In this document: positions 12,101-27,100 of the stretch, piece by piece
Position numbering within the stretch: position 1 is the stretch's first letter
Layout: the number at the start of each line of letters is the position of its first letter
Assembly: GCA_037379345.1 (NCBI GenBank)
Contig: CM074513.1
Coordinates: forward strand, 51,191,195-51,255,194
DNA from: Perna viridis
Taxonomy: Eukaryota
Length of the DNA stretch: 64,000 bases
Direction of reading: 5' to 3'
Position numbers and translations under genes: made by a program
Notes under the pieces: model-generated
The model's input: only the letters and a program-made list of their open reading frames with translations
Told to the model about the DNA's origin: nothing
Databases searched by the model: none

Positions 12101-15100
12101 AAACAAGTAATCAATACACAGTCTCACAAAAACTAATGACACAAACTGAACAAATAAGACAAAAAAACATCAAATTTGTAACTTAACGACTTAACTTAGA
12201 CATTACAAAAAACCCTTCAAGGCTTGCTAAACATTATCATAACAGAACATAATAAGATATCGTTGATATAAGATTATCTTCTTCAAATACAAGTCAGACA
12301 CTCAAAAAGACAATCATACACAGAAAATCCACACAGTCACATGATCAAAGTAAACACATACAATGTTAGTAAACAATACAAGTTTATGTACAATCTATAA
12401 CTTTAAAAGGTCAAAGGGTGAAAATTGAAACTATTCCAACTGCTTAGGGGGAGAAATTCAACTGAGAACATAATAATATTGAAAGAAAAAAAAAAATTAT
12501 GTAATTCTAAAAACACCAACTTTTGGCACATATGGTATTAGCATCAAAACAGGAAAGTCAAGCATGAACAAAATGGGTACCAAAAAAAAAAATGATTGAC
12601 TGATAGTGAATTTCTGCCATATAGCAGATATCAGACTCTGCTTTGACTAGTTCAACATGATGGATGTGAATTTTTACTATGCTAGCACAAAGAAGCAACA
12701 GCCCACTGGTAGCGATGGATCCACTGATTAGGATACATGAATCCAAGCCATTCTATCCCCTACATGGTGAAGAAGAATAGTTAACAAATTTAGATTATAT
12801 TTTGCTTATATGATTAGACCTGAGATCATACCCTTTTGTCCTCTTGGAGACAAGTGAGCAATATATGTTTCTTTTTTCCTATTTTTCTTTTTTGTGCATT
12901 TAATAGCATGATTTCTGTTGCCATGAACAAGAAATAAATGGCTCTTGCTATGTTTAAGATTCCATCTGTTCGGGAAGCTGTTTGTTTTTGGCAACATATA
13001 ATCAATGTTCAATGTTTTACTTAGCAGCAAACACATCAGAGTGGAGCATATTAACAAGTTCTAAACAGGTGACAACCCTTTGCCTATTAGTATCATTGAT
13101 TACCATTCAGTCTGTAGTAAATCACATCTAATCTCTTTGCTGTATGAATAGTTAGTTGTTGGTATGAATAAACAACTTCTTTCCAAAGCCATGATCATCC
13201 AGTAGAAAGAAAAAAATTGTATGATTTGTCTGACAGAGACCATTACAGGTACACAAGAGCAAAATGAAGTGTTTAACATTGAAGTTGATAGGTCATCCAT
13301 GACAAGTTGGAAACTCTGTATTCACCACCTTAATTATATGCATCAATCATCTTCTACTGTTACAGATTTGATAAATGGAGCTATTGCACTCTTGAAACTT
13401 CTTTAATAACAACCTTTTGTGGTTATATTTTTGTCATTTTAGATATAACAAGACTTTTATCACATACTTCATCATTGTAAATTGTATTCCATATGCAACT
13501 CTATTGATATGAAAATAAATTTGAAAGGCATTACTGATGTAAACACAACTTTACATTCATATGAAATTGATTTTAGGTTATACAATCAAAACATCTGCAA
13601 CATCTGTCACTTCTGGGAATACATTAACATGCTTATTCCTGAATGTGACAATCCAAGAAAACTTTATTTCCATTTAAGAAGCTGAATTAATGATACTTTA
13701 TTGTTCAAGCAAACAAGCAAGCACAATACTGTGAATTAGTATTTTGAGACCATGTATGGGATATTTTACTATTTCATACCACTATATGCATTATGATTTT
13801 GTTCAATGTTACATGTAAACCCACAAATCCAATAGCCTGGAAATCAATGCTCCATACTGAGTATCTGATCATCAAAGACCATAAAAAACAACGAAACTGG
13901 TAGTACTTGTGTACCACTAAACCAACAGTTCACACAAACAGGATGCTTTTGTGTCTGTCTTGAATAAGCTCATTGATAGGAACAAAGAAGCTTGTTTCTG
14001 TAGGACAGATGTTTTATCCAGACTTTCTAATGCACTGATGACATCATTAACATGATAAATTTCTTGATAGAAGATTTTGGCTGATTTCCTCATGTCTGTT
14101 TACAGCCTTTAATTATCTTGTAAAGTGTAATAAAGATTAATGAGAAAACCTGGCTGTGATGAGAATTCCTGCTTGAGAATCTGTGAAGGGTGCAACACAA
14201 ACAAATCAAAACAGAACCTTGACTTAGTACTTTCTTATACAGAAGTATTTTAATATTTGTCATATAATTTAAGTGGTGATAATGAGAACCTCATACCATA
14301 GCTGTTAACATGAATGTAATTACATAAACAAAAATATTCGCATTTATAAATCAAATTCAAACATGTCTACCACAATATGTTTTCCTTCGTGAGAGTTTCT
14401 GGTAGTTTACTTTATCTACTGACAGATTTGTGGAATACAGGCTCACCCAAGATATTTAACTCATTTCTACTGACAGACTGGCCAAATACAGCCCATCCAA
14501 GTAATTTACTATTTACTGACAGACTTGTGGAGTACAGGTCCATCCAAGTAATTTACTCTACAATCCACTGATATTCTCGTCAAATACAAGCCCATCCAAG
14601 TAATTTACTTTACTATATCTGACAGACTTGAAGATATGGTATGGATAAAACTAAGATGATAATTAATTGTGTTTTACACAACACAAAGCATGCCTAACCA
14701 GATATAGGAATCTTTATTTAAAAAAAAAAAAACAAAAACAAAAACAAAAACAAAAGAGGTACCTGTATTTCTTTTTCTTCAGTTTTCCAGACATAACAAG
14801 GTCTTTTCAAAATGTCATTCCCTTTATGACCTTCGAACTAACTCTCACAAACAAGTGTTAGGTCAAGCGATAAGAAATCTGACAAAATTTAAGCATAATT
14901 CAGGATCTAGAATATCACAGCTACCTTTATAACCAGGTAAACCACAATAATGCCTCTATTAAAATGTTTCTGTGTATACTGTATAACATTACACAGCAGG
15001 GAAACAACAGTTTCTAAATCTAAAGCACTTGGTACACTTTAAGTTACTATATCCAGAATGATTTTGTATGGGACATATCAAGGGTAATGATGTAGCAACA

Positions 15101-18100
15101 TACCACCCAATGAACTTCTTCAATAAACACAAATTTCATAACAACTGAATGATGATGTCACATGTATAGCTCCCTTCCCTATACATGCATACTATCAATA
15201 ACTAATAATTTAATAGGAAGTGCAGAGTACAATATTATCAAAAGATATGACTCACATATTTCACTTTAATAAAATCATATAAACAGATTTATATGTAAAG
15301 AATTAATACATTATTCTTTAATAAAAAAAAAAATCCTAAAATTTACAGTTTTTCAAAGACCCTTAAAAGGGTTAGGATTAATTTTCTTAAAACAAATTGG
15401 AGGACACAACAAAGTTTCATCAGAATTCTTATCCCTGTATTGATTAAGCATATTTTATTGCCATGACCTTCCTGATACCAAGTACACATCCATTAAATTA
15501 TCTATGCATGGATAACAACAACAGCATTTGGAATCCCTAAGGTTTAAAACTGTCAGTATATATCCTCTCCCAGCAATTAAATAAGTCTGGCTATGATGTT
15601 CCACTTATCAAATCAATCAGACAGTCATCTATCATCTGCTGGAAGGAGACTGACAACAACTAAAGAAAAATCCTCTAGAAAATAGATCCAGTACAAGATC
15701 CCGATGGTCAAATACCACACAATGAAAATATTAGATATCATAAAAGTTTCAATACAAATTAAGTGGAAAAAATGAATCATGATGTCAGCAAGATGTCATA
15801 ATAATCTTAAAATATGGCTGTCAATGTTCAAGCAAAAACATATTTACATTTGAACATTTGAAAGACATTCTACAGTTTTTACATCACTCCTCAAATTTCA
15901 TTAAAAGTATTAAAATTTCTTCTCTGTAAGGTTAGAACATACCTCCATCATCAAGAAGTCGCATCTGAACAAGACGGGGATCCTCATGATGTTCCTCTAA
16001 TACAGTGTCGTCAGTAACATCTAATGCCTAGAAATAGATTTAAACAACTTATAAAGTCTCACATTTCCAAAAACAGTAGATATAGTATTTTATTCTCATG
16101 TGATTTTATTCTTGGCTACTCGATTACTCTTTAAGCCAACTGGTAGAGAAAAAAGACTCTACTGAGATGTTATCATTCTGCTATTACTACTCTTACATAG
16201 TATCATGAACCCAAGATTCACCCTTAATAACCTATATAACTCCAACAGTTTCACAATTTCATGTTTTATATAGTAAGGTATAACATTTGCTGACTAAACA
16301 GAATAGATCATTGACTAGCATGAACTATTTTTCACAATGAAGTACAAATGTACTACCACACCTGTTCAGAGCTGTAATTAGTTGGTACCTTAACAAAATA
16401 TAACTTATTCTTTATACCTGAAAATTAACCTGGTAGGCACAATGTCATGAATAGAAAAACAAAGCTTTCTAGAGACACTGCATGAAAAGAAGTCGTTAAG
16501 TATTATTTTATGTACTTTTACCTGGCAGTTTAAGAATCTCTGACAATCTAAGTACATTGGCACATGATTGTGTATCAATGTGTTTCATCAGCGAACACTA
16601 AACAACAAAAATCTGTTTTCAGTTCATTGAACATCCCCTAGCGGAAATAACAGTTCAGATAGAATTTCATGTAAAAACAAGTTTTAGGTAGACTCAAATT
16701 TCAATTTCTTTCACAAAAGTTTGAAAGCTAACCTAGAATCAATAAATACTTGAAGATCACAGATATGCAAAATCTCTGACTCATAAAGGCTTCTCCATGA
16801 AGTGAAGATTAGTTGGGAAAATCTCAAACATGACATTCATCAACAATTATTCACATTTTAAATAATTTCTAATAACACCATAACAACTTGTTAACTTTTA
16901 ATATGATCAAACATTTATGTTCCTTTTTGTTTCTCTAACATATAATGTGTTTAAAAGTATCTACAAAACAGCCCTGTTAAATATAGTTGTCTCATCAGCA
17001 AAATGTTCATGGACTTGTATACCCTACTTAATGCCATATCTATTTTTGGCTATATTCTATGAAAATGATTCTCATCCTATATTTCATGATTTTTCAACAT
17101 ATATTTTATTTACTATAGAGAGATTCAGACAATCTGCGAGGGAAGATGCTATGCATATGTTAGACAATTTGTGGGGGAAGATGCTATACATATGTTAGAC
17201 AATCTGTGAGGGAAGATGCTATACATATGTCCGACAATCTGCAAGGGAAGATACTATACATATGTTAGACAAATTATCATAGCAGACTGACATTCCAACT
17301 ATAAAATCAAATCATGTTTGTTAATAAGCAAGGATTCAACAATCAATAAATGTAACATGGCAGGTTTTCAAATCAACCAAATGCTTAATCAATTTTCCTG
17401 ATAGTTTATTTTATATTGAAATGTCAAGTTGAGATAACCCACAAGTATTTTAATGACCAACCCTTCCTGGCTCAATGTCATCTATCTATTATACTGACTA
17501 AAAACAAACACACTAACAACTTCAGGTAGAACTTGTATCATTTTAAATTGATTGAAGGGAAACTAAATATCAAACCCCAACTTGAAATTAGAACAATACA
17601 AGAACTTCTTTTTTTACTTGAACAATTAACACTGTAAATGGGACTACCCACAGTATTTGTACTATTGTTCAATTAGTTACGTAAGTCCGGTCCATTTAGT
17701 CCAATCAATGTCCCAAAATCTTTATCCCTAATTTAAACAAATTGCAAAAAAAAGATTTTTAATTTCTAAATTAAAGCATTTAGACCAAAATAAACAGAAA
17801 AAAAGTCTACATATATCTAACGTGCGGAAACCTCAAAATAAGCATTTCAAATCTTCTATGTAAATTACTATTGGATGGGGAGATAACTCTGTCAAATTGG
17901 CTAAAATAACAATAAAATTGGATACAAAATCATGACTATGCTTTGTCTGATAAATAAAATGGCAAAATAGTAGACATTTTTGATTGATAAGAGGATCATT
18001 GACAACCTAAAAAGAGTTTCATATCTTTTTCCAAACAAAAATAAACCATGTGTCCATTTTTTTTTTAGATTCCAATTTTGAAGAAAATAAAGAAGTAAAT

Positions 18101-21100
18101 ATTCTACTTTTTTTAGTTTAAAGATTCTTTTAACAAAAGCAAAACTGTTGACAAAGAGCATGCAGAAAAAAACAATACATTTTTTTGTAAATTCAAAAAG
18201 ACTGAAATGCCTGGAATAAGCATTTTCTGTATTTGAAAATTTCTCAAAAATACTAATTAAAAATATAACACATTATGAGCATCATATTATGGAAGAGAGT
18301 CAATAAGGACTCTAAGTATCATACTTTACATGAAATGATCAGAATCTGACCCTCTTTCCAATGTTAACTTCCATAGAAAAATTGAAATGCATATTTCAAG
18401 TTAAGAAGGTAGACCTAGGAAAGGGACACAACTCTCTAAATCAGTGATATGTTTGTATCATATTTAATTTTACCAAAGCCTATCAAGCGTTCATTTGAAA
18501 CAGAATGAAATCAATCCAAGTTACTTTGATGCGTACATGAGATTGATGTATATTGCTGAATACAAACGTTCCGATGATGTGTAAGAGTTGTGTCCCTTAC
18601 CATAGGTCTATCTTCTTAAGTTATGTCCATTATATAATACACTCTGTAAGCTGGAGTATTAGTTAAGTCATGTCAATACACTTTGTAAGTTGGAGTGTGA
18701 GTTCAGCAATTTCCATTGTATAATACACTCAGTAAGTTAGAGTGTGAGTTAAGTCAGGTCCATTGTATAATACACTTAGTAAGTTGGAGTGTGAGTTTAG
18801 TCAAGTCCATTGTATAATACACTCTGTTTGGAGTGTTACTGAAATAAAGGATATTTGGTTCAGTTCTTGTAACTTATATTAACAGTAAATTGAACCTTTT
18901 TTTTTTAAATTTATAAACGAAAGGACTAGTACATGGCACAATTTCCTAGAGATCCATACACCTTCACTCAAGATGTGCAGAAACTAGGAAAGTCTTTTTG
19001 CCCTTCTGCCAAACTGATAGGGTCACAACCCAAAATTGAACCAATCCTAATTTTTTTAACCTTGTATAACAACTTCATTGAAATCCACACCCTGTTACCC
19101 AAGTTCAAGTTGTTGTCAAGAAATCAGAAAAAATGTGGTTTTTATCCCAATCATTATTTTCAATATGTGGAAGCATGTGTATACAAATTCATAAGAAATA
19201 CAGACACTTTTACACACGTGACTGTTCAGAAACCAGAAAAATGTTATTTTTTCCCTTAATGGCCCTTTATTCCTAAATGGTAAAGGTCATAACTTTACAC
19301 ACGTGACTGTTCAGAAACCAGAAAAATGTTATTTTTTCCCTTAATGGCCCTTTATTCCTAAATGGTAAAGGTCATAACCACAATAATTAATCCAGCTGTA
19401 TGTTTGTGACTGAGAAATCTATACATACATACACTTGTTTTTGATTTATTGGGCTGGATAAATAACATCAAGTTACTCAACGTATTGTCCAGGACCAAGA
19501 AAAATGTTTGGTGTATTTTTGCCAATTACCTATATAATTGAGTTCAAACCAGGACAGTTAGTTACAGACACATCAGTTCAAGCTTGATACAGCTTTAAAT
19601 TAGGGGTCTTGGATTTTATACCTTACTAGGTCATACTACAGATTTCAAAACTGGTTGTCCTGTTTCTCTGCTAAACATGTGGCATGTAAGAGATGGAGTG
19701 GTGACACTTTGAAGTATACTATCCTTCCTTTGAGTATACCACCCTTCCTTCCAGTATACCACCAGCTCTGACCGGAAATGTATCTTGTCATTACTGTTGC
19801 ACAGTCCAGTATTACTGTACATTTTCTAGTTTCCGCCAAAACAAAAACACCAGATGACAGTTACAATGGCTTTTGCTGAGGTTATTGAAGATGCACTTAA
19901 TGAACTTATAGCAAACAAGGAGGCCAAAAGATGGTTTTGCAGAGGGAAAAAAAACCACTTCACAATGAGAAATATTAAGTCAATGGATCTTTTTATATTT
20001 GTTTATCAATAGAAGGGTGGTATACTGGCTTCTACTGATAGTCAGTATACCGGATTACCACCCTCAATTGCAGGCAGTATGTGCATAATAGTACATGTGT
20101 AGTCTCTTTGTTCGTATTGGGCCAAAGGTTTACTACAACCACGATATCTCCACAATTATCAACTAGTAGACTGATTAGTGCTATCATTTCTGACATATGT
20201 ACATTTATATGTATATTAATAAATATCAATTCATCTTTCAGAACTTCAAATGAGTATTGATCAAACTAAGATAAATGAACTGTTAACCAAGGGCATAAGT
20301 TCTCCCTCTAGACTAGAAATACTCATGCATGGCAAAATTGTTCATTACTCCTGTCCTTTGTTAAAATGGATTTTATACATCAATAAAACTCAGGTAGATC
20401 TTTATTTGGATATGATATCAAGTAAACAAATAACCTTTTATGTATCCCAGGACTAACATATCGACAAAAACTGTGTACAAAGCAAATATGCGTAATATCA
20501 CTCTTAGAAATTCGTTCAAATCTATCTTCATGAAATATAAGCAGAAATTTAAAAGGTTTTAATGATTGTGACAAGAAAGCAAATACATACTAAACCACAC
20601 TGGCCTTGGGGGTTTTGTAAAAAGATATGTAGATTTTTAGTAACAACATGTCGTTAGCTCTAAAATAGCCTCCTAGGACAGTCATTAACACTTTAGTTAC
20701 AATGGTTGAGCAGTACAATTGAACTTTATGTCAAGCCCATACTACTCTCATTTAAAACCAAAAAAAAAAAACATCACCACATCTAAAAATACAACTTAAA
20801 AACTTGTGCTCTGTTGAGTGCAAAAAGTTTGCTCTTCTTCATAACAAAAACATCCATGTATCTGTATTTGTTTTAATAATTAAACATACCCATATAATCA
20901 CTAAATTTATCATTGTTTTTTGTGATATAATTAGCAAAACATGATTGTTAAGAGTCTTGATGCTTTGAACAAGGTACAACACCAGCTATTTTTCCATGAG
21001 ATATATTAAAAAACATGAAGTTGCACTTATAGCCCTGTTTAAGTATAATACTGCTCTTGTAACAGTAAAATCTTTGAACCAAGGGGTTGTCTTAATAAAA

Positions 21101-24100
21101 ACACTCATTGAACCATACATCAAATTAGAACATTTTTGTATCAGATAATATTCTCAAACATTGATCAACACAAAATCCTGGCAGCAATCAGAATTGGTTA
21201 CATATGGCCCACATACATACACATTACATATGGATTGGACTGAAAATGATTCACAATCCCTAAAAGTTAAACTATCGAATATAAGACTGTATATTCTAAC
21301 TGGACTTTGTGAAAATAACAGACAAATCAGAAAGGTTGGCATCAATGTGGAAATAATTTACATTAGGTAAGGTATTTTGCAGAGTCATCCAAGACAATAA
21401 TGACAGACATATAAACTAAATTCAAACTGTTGAGTGCAATACCTCGCAAATAAAAGATCAGTTAACAAAGTGAACTTGTTCGATGTACAACAGTAACAGA
21501 TTATTTATTATACAATGTACTCTATTAAAACAATTTTCAGCTTAAGAAAAAAATTTCCTTGATGATAATAAGATTTCCAAAAACTTAACACTTTTATCAA
21601 TATGAATTTTCCAGTCAATTTTACTGAGTTAAAATCACTGCTCTTCACTTCTTGTTTATTAATGATAAACTATTTATGAAAGGCTGGAGAATTTGACTGA
21701 TAAATGTGTTCAACGGAACATGCTTAACACATTATATGCTTCTTGACACATTACTGCAAGAACTAAATTTCCTAAATACAGATTTATTACTAAATATGAT
21801 CTTTCAAGGCCAAAAAGGAGTCCCTCAAATCTTCAGTTGATATGAAAACTAGATCTCAAATCTATTTGCAGAAATAGAATATCATTGAGCTGAATAATTG
21901 TAAGAAACATATTTACTGGTTCTAAAACAGGTATTGAATGATATAAAAGGAATAACATTTGGACTATATTTTTGTGTAGTGTTCAGAAATAGTCTGGCAG
22001 TTCTAGTGATAGACCACAAGTAACTTATAATTTAAAGGGCTAAATTGCATGAATATTGGGAATTACAATGCAAGGAAGTAATGTGGTTTTTTTTTCACCT
22101 TCAGCATATTTCCAATTATTCATATAATAACCCTCTTTAAAGAATAATATTTTTTTTATATGAATAAAGATGTTAAATATTCTAAATCCATTTACCACGT
22201 AGAATATGCACTAGAGCAATTTAAAAAAATATATTAATATTACCACAGTTTAAAGACTTAAGCAACTTTACACACGATATACTGTCAGAGCCAAACACCA
22301 TGGTCACAATCTAGGATGCTGTAATTTTGTTAGTATTTTGTCTGTAACATGAGTCATGCTTTATTATTTCTTTAACCACCACAGTGGTCTAAAATAATTT
22401 GTATGGAGTTATTTCAGAATAGGTTCTTAAATATATGGGAAATATTATGTTGATTTACACCTTTACATATTTGCCATACATACAAAAACAGGTCTCTATT
22501 AGCAGTTCAAAGTTCATAATTCACTCAACCACCCCTTTAGAGGACCAGCACCTCCCAATGTATCAGCTAGCCAAACTAACCTTAGTTGCATGATTATAAG
22601 ACTGGATTACAGCTGTATACCACTGTGTTGTACCCTCTGCTCTATAAACCTCAACTCTGTACCCAACAAGAACAGTAGGAGTAGTTAGTAGTATTTTTTG
22701 ACTATCCTGGTAGTCAAACCAATTCTTTACAGCTTGACCAACCTGTGGGAACCCCTCAAATGTGGGGTGGTGCAGCTGCTCTCCTTCCTGAAAATAACAA
22801 AATTAATTACATCTCTTGGTGCTGCTGTTATTTATGGTGTATCTGGGGCTGATCAAAATTTCAATGTGAAATGACCCCTGACTGGTAAATTAATTTGCAG
22901 GTGGTCCATGTAATGACCTGCATATGACCTACTTCTGCATACAAACTATTGGTATGCTAAGTTTCTTTGTGTTGTTAACAACTTTTTATGAAGGCAAATC
23001 TCAAAATGGTTTCTATTCATATGTGAAAATAAAGAAGCTACTGTTGCAACATAAATCAGACAGATGGATGACATTTATCTGATTATTTCAACAATTAGAA
23101 CATATAATTAGCATCAGCACAATTCTATACTACTGATCAAGAGAACTAAAGGTTTTAGGCTTTTAAGACAAAAATAAGTATGTACATTCCTAGTACAACA
23201 GACAAGTGCAAGAAATAGTCCTAATTAAGAAGACTAAAATGGGTCAAATAGAAATATACCAGTGTATAGCCCAGTCATAGCACTTACAATGGGTTTCTAA
23301 TGCCAATATTTTTTGGGATTTGCTTCTTCATAACTAAATGAATTGTACAATTACAACCAAGTTAAACGTTTTGAAAGACTATTCCTTATTAGCTTACAAA
23401 GAAATACTGTAATTTTATCTAATCTGAATTTCCTGGCCTAGTACATTGTTGTTTACAGAATTAGATGACCTTTGAACCTGAGGGTTCAATAGAAAGCAGA
23501 TGAATGGACAAGGAGACTTTAATTCCAGTTTAAGGTTATAAAAGGTTTGAATAGTAGATATTTGGCTGAGCAAATTACTTCAAACTTCCTTGAAGAGAAA
23601 GGATTTATTCTTCATTTCAAAGTCTATTCATTACATGAAATGCCTTTAGAAATATCTCTGATATCAGTATGGAAATTACTCCAAGTACACCACCAGGAGT
23701 TTAATGTGAAGAGCTATTTCTTTGATAAATGGCAGTATTGATTTATGGGAATCTAAAGACTTGACATTTCATTCTGTGTCTAGATCAATACTAACACTCA
23801 TGTTACATAATTTCTTCAGTTTTCCTATTTCTTGAACAAATTATCTTTAAATCAATATTGTTTGCTTTTCCTGACTTATTTTACTAAGTCAAATGAGACA
23901 GAATTACAAGGATCATTCATTCTTCTGATCATGTGGTATCACAGGGAGGATACATCTAAAATAAGGAGGGGTCATTATGTTTAATCCCTAGAATAAGTTT
24001 TAATAAGACAAAACTAGTCTTGAATTATAAAGGGATTAAAACAGTTTTAATACAGTGTGATCATTTTTCATGTATTAAAAAAAAAAACCAACACCAAATC

Positions 24101-27100
24101 CTGTGCTTAAAAGCTGGTGATATATATCAATGATTTGTAATTTTTTGTCTGATAGTTGTGATACTTGTGTTTATCCAACTCCTCCTAATCTTCAAAATGG
24201 AATTATGGAGTCTTATGGAAGTCAGAAGTGTAGTGTTTTGTTGTATTGAAGTACACATAGCAGCTATTTAAGTATTTCAGTTTGTTATGTTTGTCTCCCC
24301 TCCCCTGGTTTTGAAATTCAAAGGGGTTAACTCCCACAAAATTCTTTGTGGATCATAATTTTTTTGTTATATGCCTAACTATAAATCATGTCCTGACTAA
24401 CTACTAAGTTTTTTTTTAAATTTGGTGCAATAGTTTCTGAGGAGTACGGCTTAAAAAGGTGTGACAGGTGGATGGATATACACACATACAGACAGACAGA
24501 CACATAGGGAGAAAACAATGTCTCCCCATCAAAATTGGGTGAAGACATAATCAGCTGTAGCCTATCAACCAAAAAGTTCAAGTTCAATAGCACAGAGTAT
24601 ATTTTATGGAAGGGGTGTGGCTGAGATGAAATCTCCTTAAAATTTTCAAAGCATGGGTTAAAACAGTCAAAAAAATGAGGATAAGCGATTTCAGTCACAC
24701 ATGAAGTTGTTAATAACTTCAAATCCTGAATCTGGCCATGACAGTTAGTAGCTTGACCTTTTCAAGATGTTACTTTCATCAAGGCATTATTTTATGCAAT
24801 AAAAACTTTTTAAAGTTTGAGTTGAGCAAGGAAGATAATTTATAGTTAATTAAAACTTTTCATATATTTTTAATTCTAGCATGATTCCTTGTGTTGGATG
24901 AAAATGGGGATGTGTAAATTGCTGACAATAAGTGAATTTCTTCATCAATTCATTGGTGAACCTTGAGGAAAGGAAAAGTGTAAAAAGTGCTTATGATAAT
25001 TTACTGTCTGAACCAGCTCATGAAAAAACTACACAGTTATACTGTTATAATAAGGCAATTAGTGAGCTTTAGTGGACTTAAAATTGGTCTACTTGTGGTA
25101 TAATCATTAAACCTCATTACACCAACATATTTATGTTTTAACAAGCACTTAAATAACATTTTCTTCTAACAATGTAACAATGCTGTTAGGTACTCATAAT
25201 AGACATCAGTTATGAATATTTGCTTTTTTTTGTCAATAACAACTTATTTACACAGATATTAATTGGGAAGTACTCTTGCATAGGTTATTTCTGATCTCAG
25301 ACATCTCAAAGGGGAAATCAATGAAAAGTTGGCCAAGTTCCACATGAACATTTTGATTTAAGAATGTTATACAAAGGATCTTGTCATTATGAATACATTA
25401 TTCATATCACATCAAAATACTATGGAACATTAATTAAATGTTTTTAAGTCTACAGCCATGCATGTCCATCATTACAACAGCCCTAAGCAAGCTGTGACAA
25501 AAACATACATGAGAAAGTTATTTATTGTATAAATATGCACCAAACTTGGTAAACAAAACATGAATAAATTTTTTTTTACATCCTGGAAAGTGGGCTAATC
25601 ATGAGAGCTAGCATTTTTTCAATAGTTTCAAGTATTCAAAGTTTGAAACATGTTTGTTTAAAACATTTGTCCATTTGTTTTGGTTGTTGTAAGTTGCTTT
25701 TTCTATGCAATGCTCTTTTTTTCCAGTCTCTTATTTCCTAGAAAGTATTTCTTCTCACTGTTACACCCCTCTAAATAAATCCCATATATGGATGACTGAC
25801 TATTTTGGAGAATAATAAAGGCTTTACAGAAATTTTCTCAACCACATATAATGTGAAGTACAATTCAAATATTGACATAAGAAGGGAGTATTCAAATGTA
25901 AAATCTTGATTTAAAACTTAACAAACAGGTCTATAAATAAAGCCTACATACACCTGTAACTAGCTAGGAAGAAAATGGGGAACATTTCAAAATACCCTGA
26001 AACAGTAATGAATATCCTAACTGTAGGCACATTAAGGGATTACAATCTACAATTATCAAGCCTCATGTCCACATGTAAAATACAGTATACATATAATTTT
26101 TTTTTATGTCATTCTGATATCACAAGGTTTTATGTTTTCTTTGTGAAGTACAGTTTAGAATTGATTAATTATTTTCTAAGACTGTCCATATACCTCTAAC
26201 TAACTAGTGACTTTTTTCATCATCTATTAACTATAGCCAAATAAGCTAGAAGTGACTGAATACTCCAAAGTGTATTTGGTCAAGGGAATCTCAGCCTGAC
26301 TTGTGTGATATGGAACAACTTTATATTTATCCAGACTTTATTCAGTTATTACCTAGAAACCAGAAATTGTTTTTCTCCTCTTGACTGCCCTAAATCTTCA
26401 ACAGTTTAAGTTCATATCTCCTAAAAATCAATCTGGTATGAAAACTTATGGCACAACTTTATAGTGATCAAAAGTTGTCATGGTTCACAAATGAAATTTT
26501 TGAAATCATTCAAATAACAAAATAAGATCGACCAGCAGTCATGTATAATGGTTCATAGTTGTTTTTCTGCTCCATTATCCATATACAATTTATACCATCT
26601 CAGATTCTCATAAATGTAGACAAAAAGCACTGAATAATGACATCTATCAATCAAATATTAGACCAGTAAACATGAGACATATCCCACCTACAATCGTCAA
26701 AAGTTATAGCCAACTATAATTCATTTACATTCGTGGCCAATTACAATAACAAATTTTATAAAAGTTTCATGAAATTCCAATTCTTATTTCCCCGCAAACA
26801 CTGGAATTAAAAGTTTTAGGCAAGTTTATAATACATCAGTATTCATGAGTTTTATTTGTAATTCAAATTTAAACCTGGATCAGAGCTCACACTACTGAGT
26901 GATTCTGGCGAAATAATCCCCCTATGATCACTTACTTCACCCTCAGACAACACCAAAAGGGAAGTGAAAACGCCCTCTCATTTTCTAAAATCCCCCATAA
27001 TCAGGACTGTACTCCGTCTTTTAGTGGTATTTTGACCAGAGTTATCTTTTTTCCGATCACAATTCAATGGTGACAAAAATTACACCTGTTTGAGGAAATA

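Noticed and set aside
12558-13430. Several short ORFs suggesting a nested gene
   Set aside because: No consistent frame, splice chain or recognisable motif.
19631-19822. ORF containing TTPSL, initially considered as the missing exon 4
   Set aside because: The true exon with TTPTVLVGYRVEVYR is at 22581-22787; this segment is repeat-like.
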